In this document: piece after piece, positions 1 through 11,738 of the stretch | Numbering within the stretch: position 1 is the stretch's first letter | Layout: each line of letters opens with the position of its first letter | NCBI GenBank assembly: GCA_964016885.1 | Contig: OZ024740.1 | Coordinates: 149,854,001-149,918,000 of the forward strand | Source of the DNA: Eledone cirrhosa | Lineage: Eukaryota | Length of the DNA: 64,000 nucleotides | Direction of reading: 5' to 3' | Position numbers and translations under genes: made by a program | Notes under the pieces: generated by a model | The model's input: the letters and a program-made list of their open reading frames with translations, nothing else | What the model was told of the DNA's origin: nothing | The model's database searches: none

Positions 1-745
1 TGTGGTTGTGTTGTAGACTCCAGATATAAGCTGAAAGTGACATCATATTCCTTCTTGAAGCATTACGAAAAGAATGGGTAAGCATGAAAAGACGCTGCTT
101 GAATCTATTGGCGGTTAACCCTATGTAGGCCCTATGGGACGTGGTTGTTTCAAACTTACATTTGTAGACAATGTTACTAGAGAGGCATTTCCCGGATAGG
201 GGGCAGTCAACCCGATTCCTACAATTACAGTTAGTACTAACTACAGGGTTGCACGTGTTCCTACGGCTAGGTAGTTTAGCTAAATTTGAAGCTGTGATGT
301 TATGTGCAAGGTTAGGAGTCGTAGAGTAAGACATTTTAATAGTATTTCTATTAAATATTTTACTATATTTATGTGTAGGGGGAAAATGCTTCCTAATAAG
401 GGAGAGAAAGATCATAGCTAATGGTGTGGCCACCTCCATATTATATGGTGGGCTATACCATATAATACGTCGGGATCTATTTCTTCTAGGTCTATTCTCG
501 TACTCTGTATATGCTACCTTATCGTCAAATCCGCTCCGAGCAAGAGCTTCATTGTAATAAGTGGAATGGTCGTTGAAAATATGCTCGTTAGTAGATAGAC
601 GAGAAAGCCTCAAAGAATCGTTTCTTACCAGGTTCTTGGTTAAGTTGGCAGGGTGGTTATAATGCTTACTTATGTAATTAAGCGTATCATTCGGCTTTCT
701 ATACGGGTAGTGAAAGCCATTCGCTGGCGCCCATACTCATGTCGA
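1..745 (-). mobile_element. Naiad-type PLE fragment (third copy of the 27620-29075 element, cut by the window start)
   Basis: About 99% identical to 28334-29078, which encodes the RT C-terminus, CxC zinc finger and GIY-YIG. Confidence 0.88.
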
Positions 746-912
746 ATGGGGTACTATTAGATTTTTTAATCCAAATAGATTCGTCGAAATTAATCACCGA
801 CTTACGGGCATTGAGGATGACATCAAATTCGAAATCCTGCGTGCGTGTAAATATCTGGATGTGTTAGTAAAATTTATGTCTGTATAGAGGTGCGGGCACA
901 AACGAATCAAGA
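1..912. repeat. Tail of a preceding, more diverged array unit (matches 28334-29245 and 60359-61270)
   Basis: Base 1 matches 28334; about 8 differences in 912 bp; the sequence then jumps to the equivalent of 33011. Confidence 0.93.
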
Positions 913-3480
913 TATAGGTAAGATTAGTAAAGTGATCCTCGACAGAGTACTACTGGAGCTTAATAGAAAGGCTAAGGTCTGCCTCTGGGGCAACACCGAC
1001 CAGGTCATAAATTGGTTCACCGAGTTGCCGGATAAAGCCACCCTGAAATTCATCCAGTTTGATATAGATAGTTACTACGCTTCTATCTCCCCCATACTCT
1101 TAAATAAGGCACTTATCTTAGTTAGATCTAAAACTAGCCTCACTAAAAAAGAAATAGACATAATTCTAGCGGCGCGTAGAACCATTATCCAGTTCGAAGG
1201 CTCCCACTGGACCAGAACCAACCGTCCTGATAACTTCGATGTCACGATGGGGTCCAGTGACTCAGCGCAAGCAACTGACCTGGTCAGGATATACCTCCTA
1301 CATAAGCTTAGGGAAGAGATACCGGCCTTACAAGGAGGTGTATATAGGGACGACGCCCTGCTTACCGTCAGGAACCATAGCCCCCGTAGGATAGAGAACC
1401 TTAACAAACATATACACAGGTTCTTCAAGTCATACGGCCTATCCGTAACTATGGACCTCAACCACAGGGTTGTCAACTTCCTGCACGTGACCCTGGAGTT
1501 GAGTACGGGCTTATACAAGCCATACCATAAGCCTGGAGAGTGCCTCACTTATATTAATTATGCCTCCAACCACCCTAAGCAGACTCTCAACTCCATAGTC
1601 TATAGTATCTCACATAGAATCTCGACGCTATCCGCCAATGAGGATATCTTCAACCAAGCGGCAGATTACTAAAATAGGGCCTTGATAAGCGCCGGCTTTA
1701 ACCGAGGAATTTCCTACATCCCTATCGCTAGCTCTAGAAACCACCCCCCTCATAAAACGAACATTATAGTAAGCCATACCTATAACCGATCACGCGGCGA
1801 CCTCGTTCAAGTCGGATATAATAGAATAGATAACCGCCTAAAGATCACGACCCGGCGACGGTGAACACTGTAGACTACTCGAACTTTTCCCCTATTATAA
1901 AACCAACAAAGGCGGCGGCCTACTACCAACGCCTTCCAACCAACATCTTCGTGTACATAAACATGGAAGAGGTAGGAAGAGTACACCCGAGCATAAAGTG
2001 AAAGGGGCACCGAACGGGCGACTGCGCATTAACACACATAAGAGCGGTCACCTAGATGGAACCACCCGTAACAAAAGTACAAAGACACGTAATCGCCACC
2101 GTAACGTCCTATGGTTCCACCCCCTACTCTCGGAGTGTGGCCTCCAACATACCCCGGATGTTCTTCGAAGCCTTAGAGAAGAACTTCCCGCCCAACTATA
2201 GGTATAGAAAAATTCTTAATAGGAACAATATAAAAATATCCTTCTCTACTACTCCTAACCTAGCAGACATCATAGGAACAACGAACCACAGTAAGATCAC
2301 CAAGACACAACACCTCGACACAGACGCACCTACACCTGACAATAACTATATCGGCCTTAACAACACCCTGGCAGCATCCAATAGTGTTGGCAACGGCATC
2401 CGCAGACGCAACCAGCATAACCGCGAAATGACTGGGGAACATGCAGGACATGACATGCGGAATAACAATCGCACCACCCCGCGTGCTGTGGGTTGTAATG
2501 GTGCTAACGACAGCTGCGGTAGCGTAGGTAACAACGTAGGCAGCAACAATGATAGCCTTACCGTGGGAAATAGACGGAACCGCGACAGAAATTGCAACTG
2601 CCACGACAGAGGACGCTGCCCCCTTAGAGGATACTGCTTGACTGATAGGGTTATATATAGATGCACTATTACTAGCCACAATAGCGTTAAACATTATATA
2701 GGGGCTACCTCCGGCCCGTTCAAAATTAGGTGTCGAACACATCTCCACTTTTTCACAAATAGAAAACTAAGGCACTCCACTTCGCTCGCAGACTACATCA
2801 CATCACTAAAGGACTTAAACATCAGCTTCTCCACGCACTGGGAGATTGTCGGCAGGGCTGCACCGTACAACTTCAAGAGGAAATGCGATCTTTGCCTCAT
2901 AGAGCTCTACCACATCATAACTGCACCCCACGAGCTCATCAACAGCAGATTAAAAATATCCTTCTTCAGATGGGTTAAGGATGAGGAGTGAAACCGTACA
3001 CCGGATCTCCCTGCAACAAGTCTTAACACCCCGGCGGGCAGGCGCTGCAAAACAACACCCAGGAAACAATCCTTGCATACCAGACCCAGCTTCAGACAAA
3101 CAGATGCGGCAAAAAAAAAAAAAAAAAAAACTCTCAAAATAAGCGTTGATTACATGCGTATCGACAATGGTAAGGTTGTAACCTCATCTCGTAGCAGATA
3201 AAAAAAAAATTAGTCCGGGAAAGACTGCCCTAACACCGGTCAGAGTTACCTCCCTTGACCTGCTGCAAAATCAAAACAAGCTATTTTTGCGAGCAATGAA
3301 CCTTGATGTGGATTTAACCCAAAAAACTCTTTCCGAGCAATATAAGGAACACTTTTGATTATTTATGCCCTTGAGAAGCCCAACTGGGCGAAACGTACGT
3401 AGGTGTTGTTTTAAATAAACATGTTTTAACGGTCTATTCTCCGATTTTTTACTTTCCCACGTACATATATATGTCTATAT
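913..3480 (+). mobile_element. Naiad-type Penelope-like retroelement family 1, 5'-deleted pseudogenised copy
   Basis: RT motifs IQFDIDSYY, TMGSSDSAQ, YRDD; CNCHDRGRCPLRGYC zinc finger; GIY-YIG (VIYRC..YIGAT..FKIR..CDLCLIE); internal stop at 1670 and frameshifts; 3' HHR and AATAAA. Confidence 0.92.
3365..3406 (+). ncRNA. Minimal type I hammerhead ribozyme, U3/A8 core variant, in the PLE 3' pLTR
   Basis: TTGAGAA-GCCC(AACT)GGGC-GAAA-CGTACG-TA-GGTGT; palindromic stem III; AATAAA follows; stem I weak. Confidence 0.7.
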
Positions 3481-3513
3481 GTGTATGTGTAAGTACGTAT
3501 AGCCACATATGAG

Positions 3514-3547
<34 letters not shown>

Positions 3548-3929
3548 GGCGGGTAAGTGTGCGTATATATATGTGGATGTGTATGGGTGTATATATGTGG
3601 ATGTGTGTGTGGGTGCAGGTGCATGCATTTACGGGCCTCTATATGTGTGTATATATATTTGTGCATACATGTATGTGTTTATGTGCATCTCTTGGGAATG
3701 TGTGCGGATGTTTATATATGGACTATATATGTTTTTTTTCATTATTATTATTATTATTGTTGTATTATTTTATCACATATCCTCCATACATACCCGCATA
3801 TATGCGTATATGTACGTATGAGTCTGTGTACGTGTGCGTCTGTTTATGTGTGTGTGTATATATATATATATATACGTAGGTGCGTATGTATATATATATG
3901 TGTGTGTGTGTATATATGTATAATAGGGG

Positions 3930-4002
<73 letters not shown>

Positions 4003-4350
4003 TGTGTATATGTATACCACATTGTATATTACATTTCATTGTATCTTTTTCTTATGTTATACTGTTTTATGTTATTATACTGTTTTTTATTGCATAATGT
4101 ATTTTCAACTGTTCACTTACAGGTGTCTTTATACATGTACATGTATATGTGGTGGAACTTCCGTGTGTAGGCGGATGTGCATGCGTGCAGGTGTATCCAT
4201 GCGGCAACATGTATGCGTACGCATGTGTAGATGTATGCAGTTCGGCCTATGCGTGGGTATTTGTATGTATATGTGTGGATGTGCGTATGCATGTTAAGTT
4301 GTCCCTTTTTCTTTTGTGTGTATATATGTATATATATATACATATATAAA

Positions 4351-4382
<32 letters not shown>

Positions 4383-4539
4383 ATGTACGTGTGTAGGCAA
4401 TTTTTATGTACGTATGTGTTCGTGTTTGGACATGTAATAGTTTACGTTTGTGTATATATGTGTGTGTATGCATGTGTGTATATATATATATATGTATATG
4501 TATACATATACTTATGTAATGAACAACATAAGATAATTA

Positions 4540-4600
4540 TTTAATTTACCAGTGGTTTCTTGAAAGCAAACGATATTTGCTTTCATTCATCAGAATGAAA
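4540..4600 (-). ncRNA. Minimal type I hammerhead ribozyme
   Basis: Minus strand: TTTCATT-CTGATGA-A-TGAAAGCAAA(TATCG)TTTGCTTTCA-A-GAAA-CCACTGG-TA-AATTAAA; 10-bp stem II; GUA cleavage site. Confidence 0.82.
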
Positions 4601-4794
4601 AAATCCTAAGTGTGTATATATATATGTGTATACACATGTGCGTATATATGTATGTATGTGAATGTATGTGTGTATGTATATATGCGTGTGTATGAGCGTG
4701 TGAATATATATATATAGATAGATATTGAAGACCAGAGTGTACCATCTCCACCACCTATGACACCGGACTCTATTACAAACAGGGAATTTACACC

Positions 4795-6448
4795 TGCAAT
4801 GCTGCGACGTCACCTAAAAAATAAACGCAACCATGCCTCTCCTGGTCTTGATGGTGTTACGTAGCCGCTTCTTAAACGTGGTGGGTACTTCCTTCTGCAC
4901 CAGTTATCACGCTTCTTCCAATTCTGTCTGAACAACAGTGCTACTCCAGAACAGTGGAAAACTGCCAGTATCATTCCTCTGTTCAAAAAGGGTCACCGCA
5001 CATCACCTGTGAACTATCGTCCAGTCAGTCTTACTAGTTACATCACCAAACTGATGGAATCCTGTGTCAGAGAAACACTTTGGAACTTCTAGAGCTCTCA
5101 CAGTCTTATCTGGCCCTCGCAATTTGGATTTATCCCCAACTCCAGCTGTTGTGATCAACTTATAGAGTTTCTTGAGGACATCACCCGGATCACTGATGGC
5201 GGCTCATGGGAGGATGTTGTTTACCTTGCTTTGCGAAAGCCTTCAATTCTGCTCCACACAAAAGGCTTATGGCAAAACTCTCTGCAATGGGTGTGAAGGA
5301 TGATCTTTTTAACTGGTTGAAGTCCTTCATTCACAGTCGAAGAGAGGTAGTCACGGTTCTGGGACAGCATTCCTCACCATATGAGATGTCATCTGGTGTA
5401 CCACAGGGATCTGTTCTTGGCCCCCTTTTGTTTGTGGTATATATTAATGACATAGATGCCAACTTAAAGAATGCCACGGTACTAAAGTACGCAGATGACA
5501 TCAAGCTGTACCTTGAGATAAAAAGGACAGATCCTGAACACTATAGATCTTGCTTGCAGTCTGCCCTGGACACAATGCAACAATGGATCTCAGACTGGCA
5601 ACTCAAGCTAGCTGTGGACAAGTGCACCACCATGCATTTTGGGAGTAAAAAACCCAGCGTCCACATACTCCCTCCACAGCACTAATATCAAGAAGTCTTC
5701 TTGTGAACGTGACCTGGGCATTACGGTCAGCAGCGATTTGCGTTGGACGAAGCACGTCTCTAAAATTGTCAAGAGGGCCGAGGGTGTCTTAGCATCACTC
5801 AGCAAGACCTTTGTCAGCCGCTTTCCAGATATCTATTTAAGGCTGTACATGGCTATGGTGCGGCCACACTTAGAATTTGCATCACCAGTCTGGAACCCCT
5901 ATCTTGCTCAGAACATTGACCGCCTGGAAACTGTTCAGAGACGTGCAACCAAGCGAATACCCTCCATCAGGCATCTACCATACTCTGAGCGCCTTGCTTC
6001 CCTGGGCATGGATACATTGAAGCTCCGACGCCTGGCAACTGACTTGGTAAACACCCACAAAATTGTTAACCTTGTTGCCAACAACAACCCTGAGTACCTT
6101 TTTGATTTCCCTGTGTCTAACACACGTGGACATGCCCACAAAGTCAGAAAACAGAACAGTTTCCATGACTTTCGGAAACATTTTTTCACGCTCAGAGTTG
6201 CTGAAGCATGGAACAAACTACCTGCATCAGTTGTTAACTGTTGAGACACTGCATCCTTTAAGACCTCCATGCTTCCCGAGATCCGCCAACAGCTAATGTT
6301 CCCCCCTCCATACACATACACACATGTATACCATGATTCATACACTATTCACTTCCCTGACATTTGTGTATTATTCTATGTACTATACATACACCTTTGA
6401 TGAGTTGTAGTGCACCTGAGCACTTTACACAATAATTTCATTATTATT
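4795..6448 (+). mobile_element. 5'-truncated CR1/L2-type LINE (ORF2 RT, frameshifted) with (ATT)n tail
   Basis: SGVPQGSVLGPLLF, KYADD, VRPHLEFASPVWNP, FFTLRVAEAWNKLP; stops and frameshifts; ends CATTATTATTA. Confidence 0.92.
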
Positions 6449-6504
6449 AAACGGAAAAAATGAAACGAAATTTCATTTCCCACTCTTAGTACGGCTGTTA
6501 CGTA

Positions 6505-6983
6505 AATATAAGTATGTACACGTACATACATAAATGTATACAGACGTACAGTAGTATGTATATATATATATACATACATGCACACACATATATATGTACG
6601 TATGGATTCACCGAACATTTATTATAATGCTCGGTGTGTTTGTAAACAAACATCCCGTATTAAGCCGTAGTGTCGTTTGTTCAACACTGACAAAGGAACG
6701 CTGTACTAGTTTCAAGCTTATTAGCTATCGTCAGCAACGGACGATAGCTAATAAGCCTGAAACTAGTACAGCGTTCCTTTGTCAGTGTTGAACAAACGAG
6801 CAACGATGGTTGCTGGACACTACGGCTTAATACGGGATGTTTGTTTACAAACACACCGAGCATTATAATAAATGTTCGGTGAATCCATACGTATATATAT
6901 ATGTGTGTGCATGTAAGTATATATATATACATACTACTGTACGTCTGTATACATATATGTATGTACGTCTACATACTTATATT
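6505..6983. mobile_element. Fold-back (palindromic) non-coding element: two inverted HHR-bearing pLTR-like arms
   Basis: Arms ~6505-6731 and 6741-6983 are reverse complements with a 9-nt loop; microsatellite tails point outward. Confidence 0.88.
6699..6739 (-). ncRNA. Intact minimal type I hammerhead ribozyme at the palindrome centre
   Basis: Minus strand: CGTTG-CTGACGA-T-AGCT(AATA)AGCT-T-GAAA-CTAG-TA-CAGCG. Confidence 0.85.
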
Positions 6984-7550
6984 CATTGTTATTATTATAT
7001 ATATATATATATATTTAAATGTATAGAAGGTTGGCCGTATGTATGTGTACGCGCATGTGTATGTATATATGTGTACGTTTGAATAGGACATGCTTACACA
7101 ATTGATACAGAACAGTCAGAAGGCTCGTGGCGGCATGTATCAACAAGTGTCTGTGACTGGGTCCATGGGAGTGAGGGAGAGAGGGTGTGTGAGTATATAT
7201 ACTGCGATGTATGTGGCGGTGTGGGTGTCTGCGCATGTAGACGTACGAGTGTGAATGCATAGATAGGTATGTGTCTGAATGTGTGTGTGTTACTATGTGT
7301 TTATTCTAGTATGTGTGGGTGCTTACCCTGAAGTGTGAGCAGACGTGTGAAGTACTGAACCCAGCATGACTCCATTGAAATGTGTCGGACGGAAAATGGT
7401 TGATGAACCGTGTGGCAGCAGATACTGACCAGAACTTGTGATGACGTGGAGTAAAAACAGCCAATGGCATGACAAGAGTGGAAAGAGGGTTTTTTGAGGG
7501 TGTTGTTTTGATAACACCCCAGTGATAAAATTTGCTCCGGACATAACACC

Positions 7551-7641
7551 CGTGTCTGAAAGAACCCGCAGAAGTAGAATCAGCCAGATCCATACAAGGA
7601 CCATGACTCGAGCTACATGCCGGCGAAACATTTGTAACACG
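7551..7641 (+). ncRNA. Type I hammerhead-like ribozyme with long stem II
   Basis: CGTGT-CTGAAAGA-~60-nt stem II-GAAA-CATTTG-TA-ACACG; perfect 5-bp stem I; AATAAA at 7643, then (TA)n. Confidence 0.7.
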
Positions 7642-7683
7642 AAATAAACTAAGTCCAGATGCATCACTGATTTTTTGTTTTCT

Positions 7684-7814
<131 letters not shown>

Positions 7815-8110
7815 TAGTGGAGGTGTGGGTGAGTGGGGTATGGGCTCCTATGGGAAGTGCGGTTGTTTGGGCAGGAGTAAAGGTTGGGGCTTAGTCCAAG
7901 TACAGGTTGCTGAGCCGGTTTAAATGCCGAGTGGTTCAGGTTCCCGTGTTTTGTACGTCGTAGGGTATTCCATATATATATATCATATATTACTATCTTG
8001 ATTTTCTATTTATCTCGTTCTCTTACGCAATCGGTCTCACCCTGTCTCATTGTCATTACACAGTGAAATAATACTTTGCCTACCTGCATACCATCAATTT
8101 TACTAGCATT

Positions 8111-8260
8111 ATTGGCAGTATCGGTAGAGGGTCGGACGCCATACTTTGACGCATAGAGTTACGGTCCTTGCCATTCTAAGTTCATATCCCGCCGAGGTTT
8201 ACTTTGCCTTCATCCTTACGGGGTCGATAAAATAAAGTACCAAAAGTAGAAACAATTATT
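8111..8260 (+). mobile_element. tRNA-derived SINE (octopus-type, Nin-like core), internally deleted
   Basis: A-box TGGCAGTATCGG, B-box-like GTTCATATCCC, core GCCTTCATCCTTACGGGGTCGATAAAATAAAGTACC, tail GTAGAAACAATTATT; homologous to 24306-24496. Confidence 0.8.
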
Positions 8261-8330
8261 TTACTTTACAAAAGAAATTTCCAAAACCTCATAAACAATA
8301 AAACATGGACAGCATTTACATTTGAACAAT

Positions 8331-8336
8331 TTTATT
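8331..8336 (-). terminator. Likely polyadenylation signal of the deacetylase gene
   Basis: AATAAA ~180 nt after the stop, followed by a GU/U-rich downstream element; a second AATAAA at 8389-8384. Confidence 0.55.
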
Positions 8337-8514
8337 GAAGCATAGCGAAATTCAAATGAGAGGAGAATATATATAAATGGTCATTTATTTGTATGTTAGA
8401 GGATTGAATAAAAGGCGAGAAGTTTAATAATGCCGCTCTAATGACAAGACCAATAATGTAATATGTGTAAATAAAACATTAAAAATAACTTGAAACCAAA
8501 TGTGCTACATTAAT

Positions 8515-9494
8515 CTAACAATTCCAAGCCTCAACATCGGAATTTGTTTCCAGTTTCTTCGGATTCTTTATCCATTCCAAAGCCTTTGATACGCTTAATA
8601 TCCAGACATCATCCATCTTTGAAATGTTTTCTAGGTATTCTTTCAAGACATCAAAATTATATGGTCTAGCAAGAATCCAATTCACGTGAAGAAACATACC
8701 CGCTGGTGCTCGGTTTGAATTATAATTAATATTGAACCTTTCCATCAAAAATTTAAGAAGTTCAATTTTGCTTCTGGGTTGATTACACCCATCGAACAAA
8801 GAACAAGGGTTTTTGTTCGTGTCATACCAGCGGTTTACGGGCACTTCCCAAAAGCCAGGGTATGATTCTGTAGGACATTTCTTGTTCACACAAGACTTGC
8901 CTGGAACGCCACCGGACCTTTCTTGTTCACATGCAGTCTGCAAAGGTGTATCTAGTGTGAATGGCCAGTATTGGTCCAAATTCTGATCACTGTCAGCACC
9001 CATAACTATTGAAGAGTCCCAAGAAAACCCAAAATCTTTCAGAACATCGAACTGTTTATTACCACCCATTTGAAGAAAAGGAGAACGAAAACCTTTAATC
9101 TGATTTTCTGGTATGCCGGATTTCTGAATGAGATTATTTTTTATTCCAATTATTTCCTCTTTGTATTCATTATAAGACATATTTCTCCAGGAAGCAGACG
9201 GGAACTTATGGGAGACAGAATGACTTGCCATTTCATGTCCTTTTTGGTACATTTCCTTTGAAAAAGTATAATTATTTTCACCAGAAATGAAAAATGTGAA
9301 GCTTATTGGACATCCGTTAGGATTTTTAAGTCCCAAATTAGACAATCTCCGGTAGTAATCAATGTTCCTTTTAGTGAAGCCGTCGTCAAAAGTTAGCAAA
9401 AGTATTTGTGGTGTTTTCTTTCGTGACAAACCCTGGGGAAGTTTAGTTGACAGACATTTGCAAGCAGGAAGTTGACAGCTGTCGTTACAATTAT
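8515..9494 (-). CDS. Chitin deacetylase-like (CE4 polysaccharide deacetylase), coding exon 2, copy A
   Basis: TFDDG, HSVSH, GFRSPFL, WDSS, WEVP, NRAPAGMFLH motifs and the Cys-rich CxxxCxLPxCxC start typical of animal CDAs; acceptor TTCACTTTTCCTCCAG|AT at 9495/9494 (phase 1). Confidence 0.93.
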
Positions 9495-9714
9495 CTGGAG
9501 GAAAAGTGAAATGTGATATTGATATAGTACCGAAATTAAAGACATTGAATAAAGACATTAAAAATAAAAACGGTTAAAATTGGTCAACCAATTTCCCAGG
9601 GAATTAATAGAAACCAAAATATATGATAGTGCAAATAGCTGGAATAGGTGGTTGTATATTCTACTAAATTTAAAGCTTACTGTATTCATTCGTGTATGCA
9701 AACATACATATATA

Positions 9715-9830
<116 letters not shown>

Positions 9831-9969
9831 AATATATATACACAATGTCAATTAGATCCCTAGGGATTTTTGTACAAGTTGAAAACATGTTATATATACA
9901 TATATAAATCTATATATACACATGTACATGCACACATATACACGCACTCCCATATATATATATATACAC

Positions 9970-10762
9970 ACAATACAAAGAAATAAACAGACACATGCGA
10001 GTACATACATATACATGCATATACCCACATATATCCCTGAATTTGTGTGGTGCCAACCTTAAACGTTGTTGCTCTATGAATAATAGGGACAAAATAATCT
10101 GAATGGATTAGATTTATTCAATATCAGAGCTATATAATACATTATAAAGAAAGAAGAAACATTAGATATAAATAAAAAGATATAATATACCTAAATTCCT
10201 TCATTATCCTCGACTACGTAGTTTCGTGGCTTATTATGCAAAAACATTACATCATAGAGATGCAGTATTTTTGTGAGGTTTGCCGACTTATCAAGAGGAT
10301 ACAGCATTTAGAGTTTCAAAACACGTCCGGAGGACGCTAGATATAATCCCAAAAGGCGGAGGGGGAACTTATCACGTGATACAGCGGTCAAGAAACAGAG
10401 CTAAGCCTGTTACAACTAAGAGAAAAATACCACAAAAGGCGGAGGGGGTATATATGTCAAGGCCGTAGAAGAGTTGGCTAGGATGGCGAGAAGTATGATT
10501 AGTGTAAGCTTAACAGCAGTCACCATACTTCAGTGGTTACTCTACCGTAGGGAGTTATAAACAATACAAAGAAATACACAGACACATGCGAATACATACA
10601 TATACATGAATATACCCACATATATCCCTGAATTTGTGTGGTGCCAACCTTAAACGTTGTTGCTCTATGAATAATAGGGACAAAATAATCTGAATGGATT
10701 AGATTGATTCAATATCAGAGCTATATAATACATTATAAAGAAAGAAGAAACATTAGATATAA
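9970..10762 (-). mobile_element. ~200-bp direct repeats (9970-10171 / 10561-10762) flanking a segment with a degenerate HHR; pLTR/retrozyme-like remnant
   Basis: Near-identical direct repeats; minus-strand GAAA-CTACGTAG-TC-GAGG at 10225-10208 with a damaged core. Confidence 0.55.
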
Positions 10763-11349
10763 TATATATATATATATATATTGAGTGAGTGTGAAATACC
10801 AAAGATCATTATTGAAAGTCTCTGGATGATTTCGCAAAATACATAATATGTTTTATTGGAGAAGGTAAGATATTTTTCCGCAAAAATTTGATTGCATTGT
10901 CTTGTTTCCACTTATGTATTTTTTTAAAAATGTTATTTATTCATTATAAAAATTAAATGATAGCACTCTATATGTAGGTGGACCCCCATCATCTCCTGGC
11001 AACCAATATTTTTAGACCCCATTGTCTGCCGCTATTCCCAGCGAGATAGATTATGTCTGCAGCGTGATTGTCCTTTTACCCATCATCCGGGGACTCGTCG
11101 CACAAATAAAAATAAAAATAAAAATCCTAACCAATACAATGCCCACTACTACAGTCATTTACAGTTCCCTAAACAGGAAACCTCTTTTTTAGCCATAATG
11201 AATCTGGCAAAAGAACTACAAAAAAACATTCTAGCCATAACCCAACACTACCCTCCACTACCACCATACTGCACAAACTCCCATTGCTGCCATTAACAAA
11301 CAAACCCCACAAAACAATTAAAATCAACCACCACTCTAGCCTCAACATT

Positions 11350-11701
11350 TTTGCTTAATGCTCAAACCCTTCCACCAATACTCAAAAATAGAAACCCATC
11401 TCAATCCCCTCCACTTGGAAGCCAAAGTGAAAGTGAAGAATTTCAAAGCTATCCGTGCAGATCGCGCTGGCAGAAGAAAAGGTGGGACTGACATTTTTGT
11501 ACATGATTCTTTTTTGACAGAGACTAAGAACTTATTATCTAATGGATACTGTAAAGCAGTCACTGTGTACAGTAAAGCCAACAACTTAATAGTAGTTGGG
11601 CGCTATAGGCCATCCCAAACGCCTCTACCATGCTTCAGGGAATGCCTCAACAACATAAAATGTTTCATCCAACAGTGTCATCCTAGCAACATCTTAATGT
11701 G
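11350..11701 (+). mobile_element. LINE apurinic-like endonuclease fragment (intronic)
   Basis: ETHLNP, RADRAGRRKGG, IVVGRYRPS, NILM (truncated just before the expected GDFN). Confidence 0.75.
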
Positions 11702-11738
11702 GACGCCGTTTCGCGAACTGTCATCATCAGAATGAGCG
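11702..11738 (-). ncRNA. Hammerhead ribozyme 5' part ending at the GUC cleavage site
   Basis: Minus strand: GCTCATT-CTGATGA-TGACAGTTCGC-GAAA-CGGCG-TC, then unrelated LINE sequence; 3' strand of stem I absent. Confidence 0.65.

Noticed and set aside
890-1672. Novel 260-aa RT gene with a unique N-terminus
   Set aside because: The start is an artefact of the deletion junction; the remainder is a pseudogenised Naiad RT
3475-4500. Many Y/I/C/V/H/T-rich ORFs here and at 9.6, 13.4-13.9, 19.2-20.3, 25.6 and 26.4 kb (and their copies)
   Set aside because: Translations of TA/TG/CA/AAC microsatellites, open in several frames on both strands
8515-9558. Intronless or horizontally acquired bacterial polysaccharide deacetylase
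   Set aside because: Cys pattern and motifs are those of animal CDAs, and a spliced signal-peptide exon is present
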